Assembly (NCBI GenBank): GCA_965219385.1
Contig: CBDCNM010000002.1
Location: 2,598,936 to 2,662,935 of the forward strand
Origin: Candidatus Latescibacterota bacterium
GTDB taxonomy: Bacteria; Latescibacterota; UBA2968; UBA8231
Reading direction: 5' to 3'
Length of the DNA: 64,000 bases
Positions 1 to 11,084 of this stretch are shown here, in pieces. The notes below the pieces were generated by a model, which ran no database searches, was not told the origin of the DNA, and saw only the letters and a program-made list of their open reading frames with translations. Every line of letters begins with the position of its first letter. Position 1 is the stretch's first letter. A program made the position numbers and the translations under genes.

Positions 1-93
1 AAAAAGTGGGTACTTCGTACACCCATGATGGCCGAAGGGCTGACGGATCATGTATGGACGTTGGAGGAACTCCTTTCGTTTCGGGTGCCACCA
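1..93 (+). mobile_element. C-terminal remnant of an IS1-like transposase, fused in frame to an unrelated gene fragment
   Basis: Frame 1 reads KKWVLRTPMMAEGLTDHVWTLEELLSFRVPP, resembling the 'TPAMAAGLTDHVWTLEELL' tail of IS1-type transposases. Confidence 0.6.
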
Positions 94-820
94 AGGCACC
101 TGTGGTACAACCTCTTGGTCTCGGACGGGTCCAGGGCGCCGGATGGCTCGCTGAGCTGGGAGCTTCTGGGCGAACTCCCCTCGAGCCGCCGCAACCTCCA
201 GGGCATCGTCCACTTTGAGGAGCGCTTCCCGCTGCGCAAAGTGCGCCACGGGCGCCTGGTCTTCCCCATGACCGAAGGCCTCCAGGCCTTCGACGGCCGC
301 ATCGGCACCACGGCCGAGTGGCAGTTCTTCGGCGCGGGCTACCCGGCCGGGGTCGTGGTACGCTCGCCGCTGTACGACCTAGAGAGCGTCCAACACGTCT
401 CGTCGATCAGCTGGACAGCCGACGAGTCGCCCTCTACCCTGGTCGAGCTCCGCAGCCGCACCGGCAATCTCCTCGACGAGGAATACGTCTACTACGACAA
501 AAACGGCAAACAGGTCACCGAGAAGAAATACAACAAGTTCATCCCCAATTTCCGGGGCCGCATCGACACCACGCGCACGCCCGGCGCCGACTGGAGCAAC
601 TGGAGCCGGGCCTACGACGCACCCGGCCAGGCGCCCGGCCCCCGGCGCTACCTGCAACTGGAGGCGCACTTCCGCTCCGAAGACCCCTTCGACACCGCCG
701 TCCTCGACGATATCGTCCTCGAATTCAACAATCCCCTGGCCCAGGAGACCCGCGCCGAGATCTTTTCCGCCGAAGCCCAGCCCGGCGAACAAAGCCTTTT
801 CACGTACTACCTCCACTTCC
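94..820 (+). pseudogene. Internal fragment of a large secreted hypothetical protein
   Basis: GC-rich coding-like frame (ELRSRTGN...WSNWSRAY...RRYLQLEAHF) with no start or stop of its own; both ends join unrelated sequence. Confidence 0.5.
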
Positions 821-821
821 T

Positions 822-1150
822 CCTGGGGAGCATCGTCGATACCTTTCCCCAGTCGACGGCTTCCTCCGGCTCCCCCTCCCGGGTAAAGTGGTGTTCCTGC
901 AGTATGCGATCCGCTTGCCGTTCCAGCTGCGCCAGAATCTGTTGTCCTTCTCCTTCGGCGGTATCGCACAAGGTGCGCGACGGCGTCCCTGCTTCGGCCG
1001 ATTGATGACGGATCCGGTTAATCAAGTCCGTCGTCTTGCGATACGAGTCTTCGACTACCCCATGCACCAGCGCCAACTCCTTGAAACCCCGCGTCCGATA
1101 CCATTCCTTGGCCTGCAACGGCGGAAACAACCACCGACTCGTCCGATGGC
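822..1150 (-). mobile_element. Possible transposase fragment
   Basis: SYRKTTDLINRIRHQ...GTPSRTL helix-turn-helix-like segment; truncated at both ends; family uncertain. Confidence 0.3.
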
Positions 1151-1530
1151 GCAGCTCGGTGGGGCGCGATGTAGACGCTGGGCAGAAAACGGACCCCAAC
1201 CCCTGCTGATTCAGCCAGAAATTCAGGTTCAGGATAGCCGGCCCGTACACATAGCTCGACAATCATCTGGGTGCCTCGTCCCCACTGTTCCACCAACCGG
1301 CGGCGATAGAAGACGCCCGCAATGAGCTGGTTGCGTGGCAACGAGCGGTGGTTCTGCTTCACAACGATCTTCCCGTCCGAAGTAACGCCGATCAGCACGC
1401 GACCCCCTTGCCCGTTCAGGAAGGCGCAGAGCGTCTCGCCAGCCCGGGGAAGCTGAGCCGTCGATTTCTTGAACTCGACGGTCTCGGATTCGCCGGACTC
1501 CGCGAGGCGCTGTAGCTCCTTAAGCTCCAC
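1150..1530 (-). pseudogene. AlbA_2/Schlafen-domain plus HATPase-type protein with a large internal deletion
   Basis: N-terminal GESETVEFKKST...LCAFLNGQGGRVLIGV joined directly to C-terminal PRNQLIA..F...LVEQWGRGT motifs. Confidence 0.65.
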
Positions 1531-2031
1531 AGACCACTCCTTCAGATCAGGAGGGTTGGCAGTACAGTTTTACTCCACCCAGCCTTGAACGCCGATGGGC
1601 CCTCAGTCTGGATGATCTTTATCCTGACAACAAGGGCGAGGAGACCAGGGCGGCCGGGCCCAGGCCGCCGATGGCATGGCGCGTTCTCATAGAAGCCTTG
1701 GCTGGTGTTGGTCAGTCGTAGAACAACTCAAGGGGATAGATGCGCAAGCGCCGTGAACGCGAAAAGATGCTCGCGGCCCTGCCGCAGAGCGGATGGAAGA
1801 TCTACGGATCCGGGGGGCGGCCGAACGCCTTGGCGTGAAGCCAACAACCCTCATTTCCCGTATTAAAAAGATGGGCCTCAGGAAGCCAGAATAAGAGGTA
1901 ATCGTCAATTGGCTTTACATAAGTCATTGTAAATTATACAAGTCACTCCGGCTTTTTGAGCCGGCGTCTTAAATGCTTGCGTACAATCCACGTTACATAT
2001 TCATAAGTGATTGTAAATACAGTAAGAACTT

Positions 2032-2081
2032 CTGGCCTGTCACGCCGGAGGTCGCGAGTTCGAGTCTCGTCGGTCCCGCCA
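2032..2081 (+). tRNA. 3' fragment of tRNA-Asp(GTC), not a full gene; probable att site
   Basis: CTGGC-CTGTCAC-GCCGG anticodon arm, GCGAG-TTCGAGT-CTCGT T-arm and CCCGCCA end; the 5' half is replaced by AT-rich DNA. Confidence 0.85.
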
Positions 2082-2248
2082 TTTTTAAGCCCTGAGAGGA
2101 CTTGGGGCCTTATGAGGGCGCCGTTACTTGAGGGACCCGACCCCGCTCTGTTTGGGCTCCAATATGGAGATTCTTGCATTCTAAAGGCCGGGTCTGTAGA
2201 TTTACCCATGCTATTCCCCCCTCTCATCTATCTAAGAGGAGACCTGTC

Positions 2249-3031
2249 ATGCTGCGCCTTACAGCTATCATATGCGCTCTATGGGTCTTGCCCGCCGCCG
2301 GTCAGGACGGACTGCTGGGCACTTGGGAACGTAGCCAAGACGGAATTGAGCAACTCACCGTTTTTTGGGAAAACATTGACGACCCAGACGAGGCGACCAT
2401 TGAAAACGCCACCGTTCTCTACGACACGTTGGACGGCCAATCCACCCGGCGCTGGACCTTCAGAGAAGACGGGACCTTCCGCCTCAACTACGTGAATGTC
2501 TATGACTACAGCGACGTCCCCGACGACGAAGAGTGGGCGGAATTACTCGCGGAATTGCTCGTAGAGTGGCCCTACGACGGGACGGGCGCTTCGGGCACTT
2601 GGCACACCGCTGGCGACAGCCTGTGGATCGAGTTCGACGCACTCATTGTGTATGAGGGCGATACCGAGGTCAGGTTCTCCGAAATTTCCGCGGCGGATCT
2701 TATCCGGAAGTTGCTAGAGCGTTTGCAGCAGGTGTTCGGAGGCGAGATAGGCGATGGGGAAGAGATAGAGATCCCTGAGGAAGAACTCGCCGCCTTTGAA
2801 GCGTTTTTTGAAAAAACCTTTCCCATCTTCCTCAACCTCTATAAAGAGAAAATGGATTTCGCCGGCACGTACCAGCTCGAAGGCGATAGCCTCTTTCTCA
2901 CCTCCCTGGGCCCGGACGGCGCGGACCGCACCCGCGTGTACAACCGTGCTACCGGCTTTACGGACAACCGTGCTACCGGCTTTACGGCCGTGGCCCGCAT
3001 CAGTTGGGGGGCCCTGAAGGCCGGCTGGTAA
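2249..3031 (+). CDS. Secreted hypothetical protein with C-terminal TAV..ISWGALK tail
   Basis: RBS AGAGGAGA, signal peptide MLRLTAIICALWVLPAAG, ends TAVARISWGALKAGW. Confidence 0.75.
   Translation: MLRLTAIICALWVLPAAGQDGLLGTWERSQDGIEQLTVFWENIDDPDEATIENATVLYDTLDGQSTRRWTFREDGTFRLNYVNVYDYSDVPDDEEWAELLAELLVEWPYDGTGASGTWHTAGDSLWIEFDALIVYEGDTEVRFSEISAADLIRKLLERLQQVFGGEIGDGEEIEIPEEELAAFEAFFEKTFPIFLNLYKEKMDFAGTYQLEGDSLFLTSLGPDGADRTRVYNRATGFTDNRATGFTAVARISWGALKAGW
2940..2987 (+). repeat. 24-bp tandem duplication, in frame
   Basis: ACAACCGTGCTACCGGCTTTACGG x2. Confidence 0.95.
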
Positions 3032-3504
3032 ACGCGCCGGCGAGCGACCCTGTCTCCCATTTTATTTTATCGCTCCCTGTTGCCCCAAGCTCTGGGCGAA
3101 TTCGTCATTCTGGCCGTGGGAGCGGCATGGACGAATTCCCCTCCCGCGCCCAACAGAGCCAACAGGCCGCCGCAGCCCTGCGCCTCGCAACGGCCCTAGA
3201 GCCGGATTTTTCGTCCATCTGGGCGATGTGATGCAGGAATATCCCGGCACGGCGGGTTTTGCTCAGGCCCTGGACCAAACCCCTAAAGTAGATATCCGCC
3301 GGCGGCCTGGAGCCGCGCTGGTTGAAGCGAATACCTTGTTGCCATTGAAAAATATAAGATGTAGTGGTAAAAGCCTATTTAATGGCCATTTATCTCGTGG
3401 CTGAAGGGTGTCCTTTTCAGCTGTAGTAGGACACCAGGGATGATTGTTACACCATTCAAAAGATAGACTTGGTGTGTTACCTCAAGGAAGGCAGAAAACC
3501 ATTA

Positions 3505-4662
3505 TGAACATCGGACCCGGAATAAAAGCACAGGTCGCGGCACGGCGCATCGGCCACCCGTGGCTAGAGGGCGACCACCTGGCGCTGGGGCCTGGACCGC
3601 AGTTATTCACCGACTGGCGCCATGTGCTGCCCGGCGAGATCGGCGTGCTGGGCCCCTATTGGGCCGAGCCGGACGGCACCCCCATGCCGTTGCGCCTATG
3701 GGACGATGCGGATTGGCAGGATCGACCCATCAACGCACACGCTTCATGGCCGGCGACGTGCCTAGCGGTATCCGCATCGTCGCGACAACAGCACAGCGGG
3801 AAGGGCCGTTGCCGGCGGGTGCGCCCCCCGGGCGAAAAATCATTTGCCGCGACGGGCTGTACCAGACCTGGTTCGACCGCGGCACAGGCGAAGCCACCTG
3901 TCCCCTGTGGTACGCCGAATCCGGCGACGGCTGCGAGTACGGTAGCGAACGCGAATGCCGTTTCGATTGGAGCGCCGCACCCGAGGCCGCCGGCCGCGAG
4001 CGCCCGGAGATCTTTTTTGACCCCTCCGCCCCGGCTGAGGAAAGCTACAAGATGTTCTTCCGCTGCGGCGTACCCGGGGACGGCGAGGCCCGGCGCCGGC
4101 TGGTTGAAGATTTCGCCCGCGAGCGCCCCAACGCCATCCATGCCCCGGGCGGTGATTTCCGCCACCTGTCCGGCATGTGGGGGACGAGGGCACCTGGGAC
4201 GCGGGGTGTGTCTTCGGCGGTACGGACCTGATACCGCTCGGCACCGACCGGGTGGCGCTACCGTATGGCGGCTATCGTTACCCGCACAAGTATCCGCGCA
4301 ACCGGCACACCTTCAGCCACGACCGCGGCTATGCCGTGTGGCCGGCCGAGCGCCTGGCCGCGTTGGAGGCGGAACAGGATGGCGGCTTTGTCACCCTGCC
4401 GATGGTCGCAACCGGCCGGCGCCTGAGACTGAACGCCGCGGCCAAGGCTGCCGGCCATATTCTGGTGGAGGCTGCCGATCACAAAGGTCAACCCCTGACC
4501 GGTCACACCTTCGACGACGCCGTGCCGGTCCTGGGCGATTCCCCGCACCACCGGGTGGCGTGGCGCGGCGGGGACCGCATACGCCTGGAGGCGGGGCGGC
4601 CCTTCATGCTGCGCTTTCGCCTGCGCTGTGCCAGGCTCTTCGCGTTTGAGGTCGACGAATGA
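3505..4662 (+). pseudogene. Frameshifted beta-propeller glycoside-hydrolase-like protein
   Basis: Coding sense passes through three frames (ORFs 3444, 3560, 4177); C-terminal RLAALEA..G.FVT.P....RLRLNA..G.I.VE resembles the end of ORF 35906-38392. Confidence 0.6.
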
Positions 4663-4859
4663 CACAAGCCGAGTTTCACCTGCACGGGAGCGGCCCAAGA
4701 CGGCGGGCCGGGCCTCAAAAATAATCCACACCTCCTCCAACCAAATGAGGAGCCGACGGGGCACGATCAGGTTCCAGCGGGATTGTAATGATCGGGATCG
4801 GCCGGAAGATGGCGACCAGAATAGGCAAAAATAGTGGACAAATAAGCACGTTGTCCGCC

Positions 4860-5039
4860 AATTAACAAAGTAGTATTAGGCCCCAGCCGGGCCAGACCAC
4901 ACAGGGTCGCTTTGTCCGAATTGACGAGGACCAAGATCAACGTCCAGCTAAAGACCAGATGATGCCGGTAGCGAAAAAAATATTGCGTTCCACGCAAAAA
5001 ATAGGCTATTTTCTGGGGCAATCGGGTCAATGTCAGCAC
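4860..5039 (-). mobile_element. Possible N-terminal remnant of an IS4/IS701-like transposase
   Basis: MLTLTRLPQKIAYFL...FRYRHHLVFSW.LIL...KATLCGLAR; lower GC; truncated. Confidence 0.3.
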
Positions 5040-5177
5040 GGGGTTTCTCGCGCTTAGAGGACAATTGGCGTTGTACGTCTAAGCTAAAATAGGGAGACTC
5101 CGATGCTTTTTCGACCCCAAATAAAAATTACCTGTCAATTGCAACTTATTGCGTTTTACTGATAACCACAACGAGCC

Positions 5178-6563
5178 ATGAAGCTGCGTCTATTTGATAC
5201 CTACGAGCGCCAAGTGCGCGACTTTGAACCCCTGAATCCAGGCAAGGTTGGTCTCTACGCCTGCGGACCGACGGTCTACAACTACGCCCATATCGGCAAT
5301 CTGCGCACCTACCTTTTTGAGGATATTTTGCGCCGCGTCCTGGAACTGAACGGCTACCAGGTGTACCACGTCGTCAACATCACCGACGTCGGCCACCTCA
5401 CTTCGGATGCCGATACGGGCGAGGACAAAATGGAGCAGGGCGCCCGGCGGGCGGGGCGCTCGGCCTGGGACCTGGCGGCCGAATACACCGAGGCGTTCCA
5501 GAAGGACCTGCTCTTGCTCAACGCACTGGAGCCGAATCAGTGGTGTCGGGCGACCGATCACATACCCGAACAGATCGAAGTCATTAAGCTCATAGAGGAA
5601 AAGGGGCTTTCCTATTCTACCGCCGATGGCATTTATTTCGATACCTCCAGAATCGCGGATTACGGTCATTTAGCGCGCCTCAATATAGAGGGCCAGCAAG
5701 CCGGGACCCGGGTGGAAGTGGCCGACAAGCGCAACGGCACTGATTTTGCCCTGTGGAAATTCAGCCCGACCGATCAGCAGCGGCAAATGGAATGGGACAG
5801 CCCCTGGGGCGTGGGTTTTCCCGGCTGGCACATCGAGTGCACGGCCATGTCCGCCAAATACCTGGGTTCTTTTTTTGACATTCACTGCGGCGGCGAAGAC
5901 CACATTCCGGTGCACCACACCAACGAAATTGCCCAGAGCCAGGCCTGTTATCACACGCGGCTGGCCAACTTCTGGATGCACGGCTATTTCCTGCAGACCA
6001 ACCAGGAGAAGATGTCCAAGTCGTCGGGAGAATTCCTGCGGCTTCAGACCCTGATCGGCCGCGGTATCGATCCGCTGGCCTATCGCTATTTCTGTCTGAA
6101 TGCCAGCTATCGGTCCAAGCTGACCTTTACCTGGGACAGCCTGGAAGGTTTTGCCCATGCGCTAGATCGTCTGCGCACATTGGCTCACGAATGGGGGCCG
6201 GCCGGGGAGGTCGATGCGGATTTTGTCGAGCGCTTTAACTCCCATGTAAACGGCGACTTGAATACGCCGCGGGCTCTGGGACTGACCTGGGAACTGGTCA
6301 AAAGCGATGTGCCCGGTGCGACCAAAAAGGCCACCTTGTTGTACTTTGACCAGGTGTTTGGGCTGGGGCTGGCGGACTGGCAGCCGGAGGCTGGTGCAGA
6401 AGAAACGATTCCCGCTCAGATCCAGGCCCTGGCCGCCCGCCGCCAGGAGGCGCGATCCGAGAAAAATTGGCGAGAAGCCGACGCCCTGCGCGACCAGATC
6501 CAGGCGGCCGGCTACGAAATCGAGGACGCGCCGGAAGGCTACCAGATTCGCAAGCGCCAGTAA
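5178..6563 (+). CDS. cysS: Cysteine--tRNA ligase
   Basis: [26 protein letters not shown] motifs; 461 aa. Confidence 0.98.
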   Translation: MKLRLFDTYERQVRDFEPLNPGKVGLYACGPTVYNYAHIGNLRTYLFEDILRRVLELNGYQVYHVVNITDVGHLTSDADTGEDKMEQGARRAGRSAWDLAAEYTEAFQKDLLLLNALEPNQWCRATDHIPEQIEVIKLIEEKGLSYSTADGIYFDTSRIADYGHLARLNIEGQQAGTRVEVADKRNGTDFALWKFSPTDQQRQMEWDSPWGVGFPGWHIECTAMSAKYLGSFFDIHCGGEDHIPVHHTNEIAQSQACYHTRLANFWMHGYFLQTNQEKMSKSSGEFLRLQTLIGRGIDPLAYRYFCLNASYRSKLTFTWDSLEGFAHALDRLRTLAHEWGPAGEVDADFVERFNSHVNGDLNTPRALGLTWELVKSDVPGATKKATLLYFDQVFGLGLADWQPEAGAEETIPAQIQALAARRQEARSEKNWREADALRDQIQAAGYEIEDAPEGYQIRKRQ

Positions 6564-6705
6564 ACGCCCAGCTCGCTCGCGCTTCAGGTGCCACCCAATT
6601 CTCGAATTGGAGAATTGGAGATGTATGTCCTTGACACATTCCACCCCAATAATTTTCTTAAAAACAGCATCTTGGTCCAGAGTAACAAAAATAGGAGGCA
6701 CGGTC

Positions 6706-7713
6706 ATGGTTGCACTTACCCGCGCACAGCGCCAACACTTTGAAGAGGAAGGTTACGTGGTCGTCGAGGATGTGCTCGACCCCAAAGAGGTGCTGGATCC
6801 GGTCATCGAGGAGTACGCCGGGGTACTGGAGCGGCTAGCTGACGAGCTCTACGACTGTGGTGAGATCTCCTCGCGCTACGAGGACCTGCCGTTCGGCGAG
6901 CGCTATACCAGGATCTGCGAGGAGAGCGGCAGGGTGCACAGCCAGTTCTTCGACTTTTCCCTGCCCTTCCAGGACGTCAAGCCGGACACCCCCTTCTGGG
7001 CGGGACCGGCGGTGCTGAAGGCCCTCACGGCGCCGGCGCTGCTGGATGCGGTGGAGTTTTTCATCGGCCCGGAGATCTACTCGAACCCGGTGCAGCACGT
7101 GCGCATCAAACCGCCCGAGCATCTCCTGCCTGAAAACCAGTACGGCAACCCCATCCTGGGCGCCACCATCTGGCACCAGGATCACGGCGTGGTCACCGAG
7201 GAGGCCGACGACACCAAGATGCTGACGGTGTGGTTCTCACTCCAGGACACCCCCGTCGAGCAGGGTCCCCTCTACGTGGTGCCGCGCAGCCACAAGCACG
7301 GCTTGCTGACCCACTGCCCCAGCTACCACGGCAACGGACCCCGGTTCGCCGGGGCAGAGCAGATCCCCGAGAAGCTCTTCGCCGAGGACCAGGCCCTGCC
7401 CCTGCCGATCAGGCGGGGCGACGTGATCTTCCTGACCAGGCACACGGTGCACGGTTCGCTCGCCAACGAGAGCGAGGATGTGCGCTGGAGTTTCGACCTG
7501 CGCTACAACCCGATCGGCCAGCCCACGGGCCGCTCGATGTTTCCCGGTTTTGTCGCCCGCAGCCGCGCCAATCCCTCGAGCGAGTTGCGCGACCCCGAAG
7601 AGTGGAACCGGATGTGGCTGAGGGCACGCGAGAACATGAGCCGGATCAACCAGGGGGGCCAGCACGAGGCGAGGTTCAGGCGCTGGGAGGCTGGTCATCC
7701 GCAGTGTGCTTAG
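6706..7713 (+). CDS. Phytanoyl-CoA dioxygenase (PhyH) family protein
   Basis: RBS AGGAGG; FEEEGYVVV, WHQD, HGSLAN, RWSFDLRY. Confidence 0.9.
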   Translation: MVALTRAQRQHFEEEGYVVVEDVLDPKEVLDPVIEEYAGVLERLADELYDCGEISSRYEDLPFGERYTRICEESGRVHSQFFDFSLPFQDVKPDTPFWAGPAVLKALTAPALLDAVEFFIGPEIYSNPVQHVRIKPPEHLLPENQYGNPILGATIWHQDHGVVTEEADDTKMLTVWFSLQDTPVEQGPLYVVPRSHKHGLLTHCPSYHGNGPRFAGAEQIPEKLFAEDQALPLPIRRGDVIFLTRHTVHGSLANESEDVRWSFDLRYNPIGQPTGRSMFPGFVARSRANPSSELRDPEEWNRMWLRARENMSRINQGGQHEARFRRWEAGHPQCA

Positions 7714-7755
7714 CTCTCGTTAAGCCACAATTTCAACCTCGCGGCCCTGAAAGCA

Positions 7756-8187
7756 CTAGAGACCGGCAGGTAGTTTAATGCCAAAACGTTGCGCTGCGTC
7801 GCGCAGCTTCTGGGCAGTGCCGGGCGGCAGGGGGATGCCGTTCTGGGTGCGGTCTTGGTGGACCTTGTTCTCGGGCTCGCCGGGGACCAGCACCTCGTCG
7901 ACCCCGTCCACGGTGGGCAAACCCTTCAAACCCGAGTCATGTAGGCTTTTTCTACATTAGCGATGACGGTGGGCAAACCCTTCAAACCCGAGTCATGTAG
8001 GCTTTTTCTACATTAGCGATGACGGCGGCAATCAGCTGGACTCCGTGGGAATCCACGCCGCGCTGGTTGGCCCAGACCAGGACGCTTCGGTGGCGGCGTG
8101 TTCGGGGGATATGCCGAGGAGGACGAATACTTGCTTGGTGAATTCGAAGAGGGATTCCCGGGGGATGCGCAGGGTGTCCTGATCCAT
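7756..8187 (-). pseudogene. Ldh_2 (malate/L-lactate dehydrogenase-like) pseudogene with internal deletion and frameshift
   Basis: N-terminal MDQDTLRIPGESL.../VLVWANQRGVDSHGV and C-terminal GVDEVLVPGEPE...NGIPLP...L*; the middle is missing. Confidence 0.75.
7910..8021. repeat. 56-bp perfect tandem duplication at the deletion junction
   Basis: ACGGTGGGCAAACCCTTCAAACCCGAGTCATGTAGGCTTTTTCTACATTAGCGATG x2. Confidence 0.95.
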
Positions 8188-8365
8188 GTATTTGCTTCTT
8201 TGGGGGGTTCAAGGGTCGGGTGTGAGGGAGCTGCTCTGGTGTTTTGCGGGTTGTGGGGCTTTGTTCGGGCGTTGTCCGGAGGTTATATGGGGAGGATCCA
8301 AAATAAACAAGATTTCTGTTTGGTTCAATCTTTCAATGTTAGGATGAAGACATAAAGGAGCCCCC

Positions 8366-9463
8366 ATGACCGAACCGTCTCCTCAGGACGCGGAAAAAAT
8401 ACCGCCGGGCGTGGCCCACAACGACGACACCGACCTGATGTTTCTCGCCGCGGCAAAGGCCCCGCCCGCCGATGTGCTGGAGGTGCGCACCGTGGTGCGC
8501 GACGGGTGGTACAATATGCCCACGGATCTGGCCTGGTGGAAGGGGTACTACTGGCTGTCCTACCGCCGCGGTACGGGGCACAGCTGCGTGCGCGGCAACA
8601 GCGCCGTGGTCCTGCTGCGCTCCAATGATTTGCGGCGCTGGCACCAGGTGCGGTTGTTCGAGCCCCCCGGAGGGGTGGTCGATGGCCGTGGGATTGCGGC
8701 CGGTCACTTCACCCAGGAAGATGACAAGCTGTACATCTTCTGCCCGGTCCAGTTCCCGGGCGAGAGCGGCGAGCCGTCGCGGATTTTCATGTCGTGGACC
8801 GAGGATGGGCAAAACTGGTCCGCCCTCCAGGTACTGCGTCTGGACGACTACTACCCGTATACCTGGCGGGTGCGTTTGCACCAGGGCCGGTTCTACTCGG
8901 CCATCTGTTACCTCGAACGCGATGAAGGGCCCTTTGATCTGATCGTCTCCGACGACGGGGTCCAGTGGAAGCGGCACGCCGAAATCGCCGCCCGCGATCC
9001 CCGAAAATTCACCGAGGAGTCCGATCTGTACTGGTGTGCGGACGGCGAGTTGTGGTGCATAGTGCGGTCGCACGGACAGGCGTTGATGTACTGGTCCGGG
9101 CCGCCGTACGAGAAATGGGAAGGGGGGGTAAATCTGGAGGTCCGCTGCGATGCCCCGGCGACTTGTGCATCGGGAGAGCGGGTCTACCTGGCCGGCCGAG
9201 TGGGGACGGAGGGCAATCCGCATGGCACCACCGGGGTGTACCAGCTGGAGCGCGGACGGGCCCGGCTGGTCCTGTCCATGCCCGCGGGCGGGGATGCGGC
9301 CTACCCCGGCCTGATCTCCCTGGGCCCCGGGCACCTGGCCATGTCCTACTACTCGGACGTGGCCTACTGGTCCGGGATGGTCAGGCCCCAGCACTTCGAC
9401 CAGTACCGGCGCAAGCGCTCGGAGTGCGATATCTACCTGACCGAGTTCAGGGTGGGGGGGTGA
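8366..9463 (+). CDS. Sialidase-like (Asp-box) beta-propeller protein
   Basis: S.D...W Asp-box-like motifs, YTWRV, GGDAAYPG; paralog of 38504-39436. Confidence 0.7.
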   Translation: MTEPSPQDAEKIPPGVAHNDDTDLMFLAAAKAPPADVLEVRTVVRDGWYNMPTDLAWWKGYYWLSYRRGTGHSCVRGNSAVVLLRSNDLRRWHQVRLFEPPGGVVDGRGIAAGHFTQEDDKLYIFCPVQFPGESGEPSRIFMSWTEDGQNWSALQVLRLDDYYPYTWRVRLHQGRFYSAICYLERDEGPFDLIVSDDGVQWKRHAEIAARDPRKFTEESDLYWCADGELWCIVRSHGQALMYWSGPPYEKWEGGVNLEVRCDAPATCASGERVYLAGRVGTEGNPHGTTGVYQLERGRARLVLSMPAGGDAAYPGLISLGPGHLAMSYYSDVAYWSGMVRPQHFDQYRRKRSECDIYLTEFRVGG

Positions 9464-9717
9464 AGCCCCGGCCTTGAAGCTCGTCGCACACCACGTGGAT
9501 TGGATACTCCTTCAGATAGATTGGAGCCGCTCATGATCAAGCCTGCAATACCCTTCCTCATGCTGTGGGTCGGCCTGTGGTGCTATCCCTGCGAAGGGGG
9601 TACAAAGATGGTTGATTTCATACCTCGGATCTGATCCTACCGGCTGCCAATGCGATAGCAAATCACTGGTTGCTGCATCTTGGAGATGCCAAACTTGTAT
9701 GAACTCGTGAAGCCCTC

Positions 9718-10815
9718 TTACTCGACCCTGGCGCCGCCCAGCGGACTGGAGGCGGACGAGTGGATCATCTCCGCGTACTTTTCGCCGTAGACTTCCTTCT
9801 TGTTTAAAAAGCGGCTCTGGTGGGGGACGATCTTGAGGCTGCGGTCCCGCAGGGGGAATTTCACCGGTGCGAAGTTGTTGCGGTGGGATTCGCGCAGGCC
9901 AATGCCGATCTCCAGCACCTTGCGCATGTTGGCCCCGCTGCAGCGGGGTTCGATGCCCTGATCCAGGGAATCGACGATGGCCTGGATGCCCGACCTTTGC
10001 CGGGTGCCGCTGGGCTGGACCCAGTCGCTGCCGAACTCGTCGAAGAACCCCTCGACCTCCTCGAGGGGGCCGTGCGCCTCGCCCTTCCAGAGGTGGCCAC
10101 TCAGCCAGTTGCTGTGGTAGACCCCCTGGCTGCAGAGCACCTCGATACCTTCGAGAGGGGTCCGCTTGTTGTGGACGAAGGCGTCGAGGCCGCTGGCGAA
10201 GCGAATGTGGCCGCCCATGCTCTGGTCCCAGTCGTCCCAGGGATCGCCCTCACACCAGCCCGTCACCCAGTCCACCTCGGCATCGTCGGCGAAGAGTCGC
10301 AGGACGCTCAGACCCTGGCAGCCGCCGCCCGAGATCTCGCTGGTGGATTGGTAGAGGTTGATGCTCTGGACCGCGCCCAGTTCGCCGGTGTCGATGAGGG
10401 CCTTTACCTTCCAGTGCGGAGGCATGTTGCGGTAGGCGTCACCCGAGGCAAAGGCAATCTTGCGCGCCTCGCACTCGGCCACCATCTGGTCGGCCTCCTC
10501 CAGGCTGGCGGCCATGGGCTTTTCGCAGTAGATGGCCCGGACCCCGGCGCGGGCGCAGTTGATGACGACCTGCGGGTTGGGCTTTACCGGCAGGATCGGC
10601 GCGGCGATATCCAGGTCTTCCTGGGCCAGCATTTCGTGGTAGTCGGCATAGCCGGGGACCTGGAAGCGGTCCACGAAGATCTGCAGGTTCGAGGGGTCGG
10701 GGTCGGCTCCGGCCACGACCTGGGTCCGGGGGTTGCCTAGGTAGCCGCGGGCGTGGCCGTGGCCCTTGCGGCCGATGCCGATCATGCCGACGCGATAGAT
10801 TTTTTCCTGGATCAT
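9718..10815 (-). CDS. Gfo/Idh/MocA family oxidoreductase
   Basis: VGMIGIGRKG Rossmann motif; YCEKPMA. Confidence 0.9.
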   Translation of the reverse strand: MIQEKIYRVGMIGIGRKGHGHARGYLGNPRTQVVAGADPDPSNLQIFVDRFQVPGYADYHEMLAQEDLDIAAPILPVKPNPQVVINCARAGVRAIYCEKPMAASLEEADQMVAECEARKIAFASGDAYRNMPPHWKVKALIDTGELGAVQSINLYQSTSEISGGGCQGLSVLRLFADDAEVDWVTGWCEGDPWDDWDQSMGGHIRFASGLDAFVHNKRTPLEGIEVLCSQGVYHSNWLSGHLWKGEAHGPLEEVEGFFDEFGSDWVQPSGTRQRSGIQAIVDSLDQGIEPRCSGANMRKVLEIGIGLRESHRNNFAPVKFPLRDRSLKIVPHQSRFLNKKEVYGEKYAEMIHSSASSPLGGARVE

Positions 10816-11084
10816 GGGTGTGCTCCTGAGGGGACGGGTTTCGGTCCGTGCGGACCCTGTATAATCATGCTCACATGATTAATTCCTTTCAGTATCTCGC
10901 AGCGTCAAATTTTAGTCAAAAGATCCATCGTCTGCAATGTCTCAGCTGATTGAACGGGAAGGGCTCCATGGTTAGATTGGATGGTTCTGAAGGGGTTGGG
11001 CGGCAAAGTCGATGTGCTGCTGGCCGGCGGGCACCGCGGCAATGGCTCTCTGGTCGGGGTTAAAAGTAAGGTGAATAGATTGAC

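Noticed and set aside
25..1005. 326-aa ORF as a real novel fusion protein
   Set aside because: It is an in-frame join of unrelated shards, and its end is the antisense of another fragment.
2032..2081. Functional tRNA-Asp gene
   Set aside because: The acceptor 5' strand and D-arm are absent.
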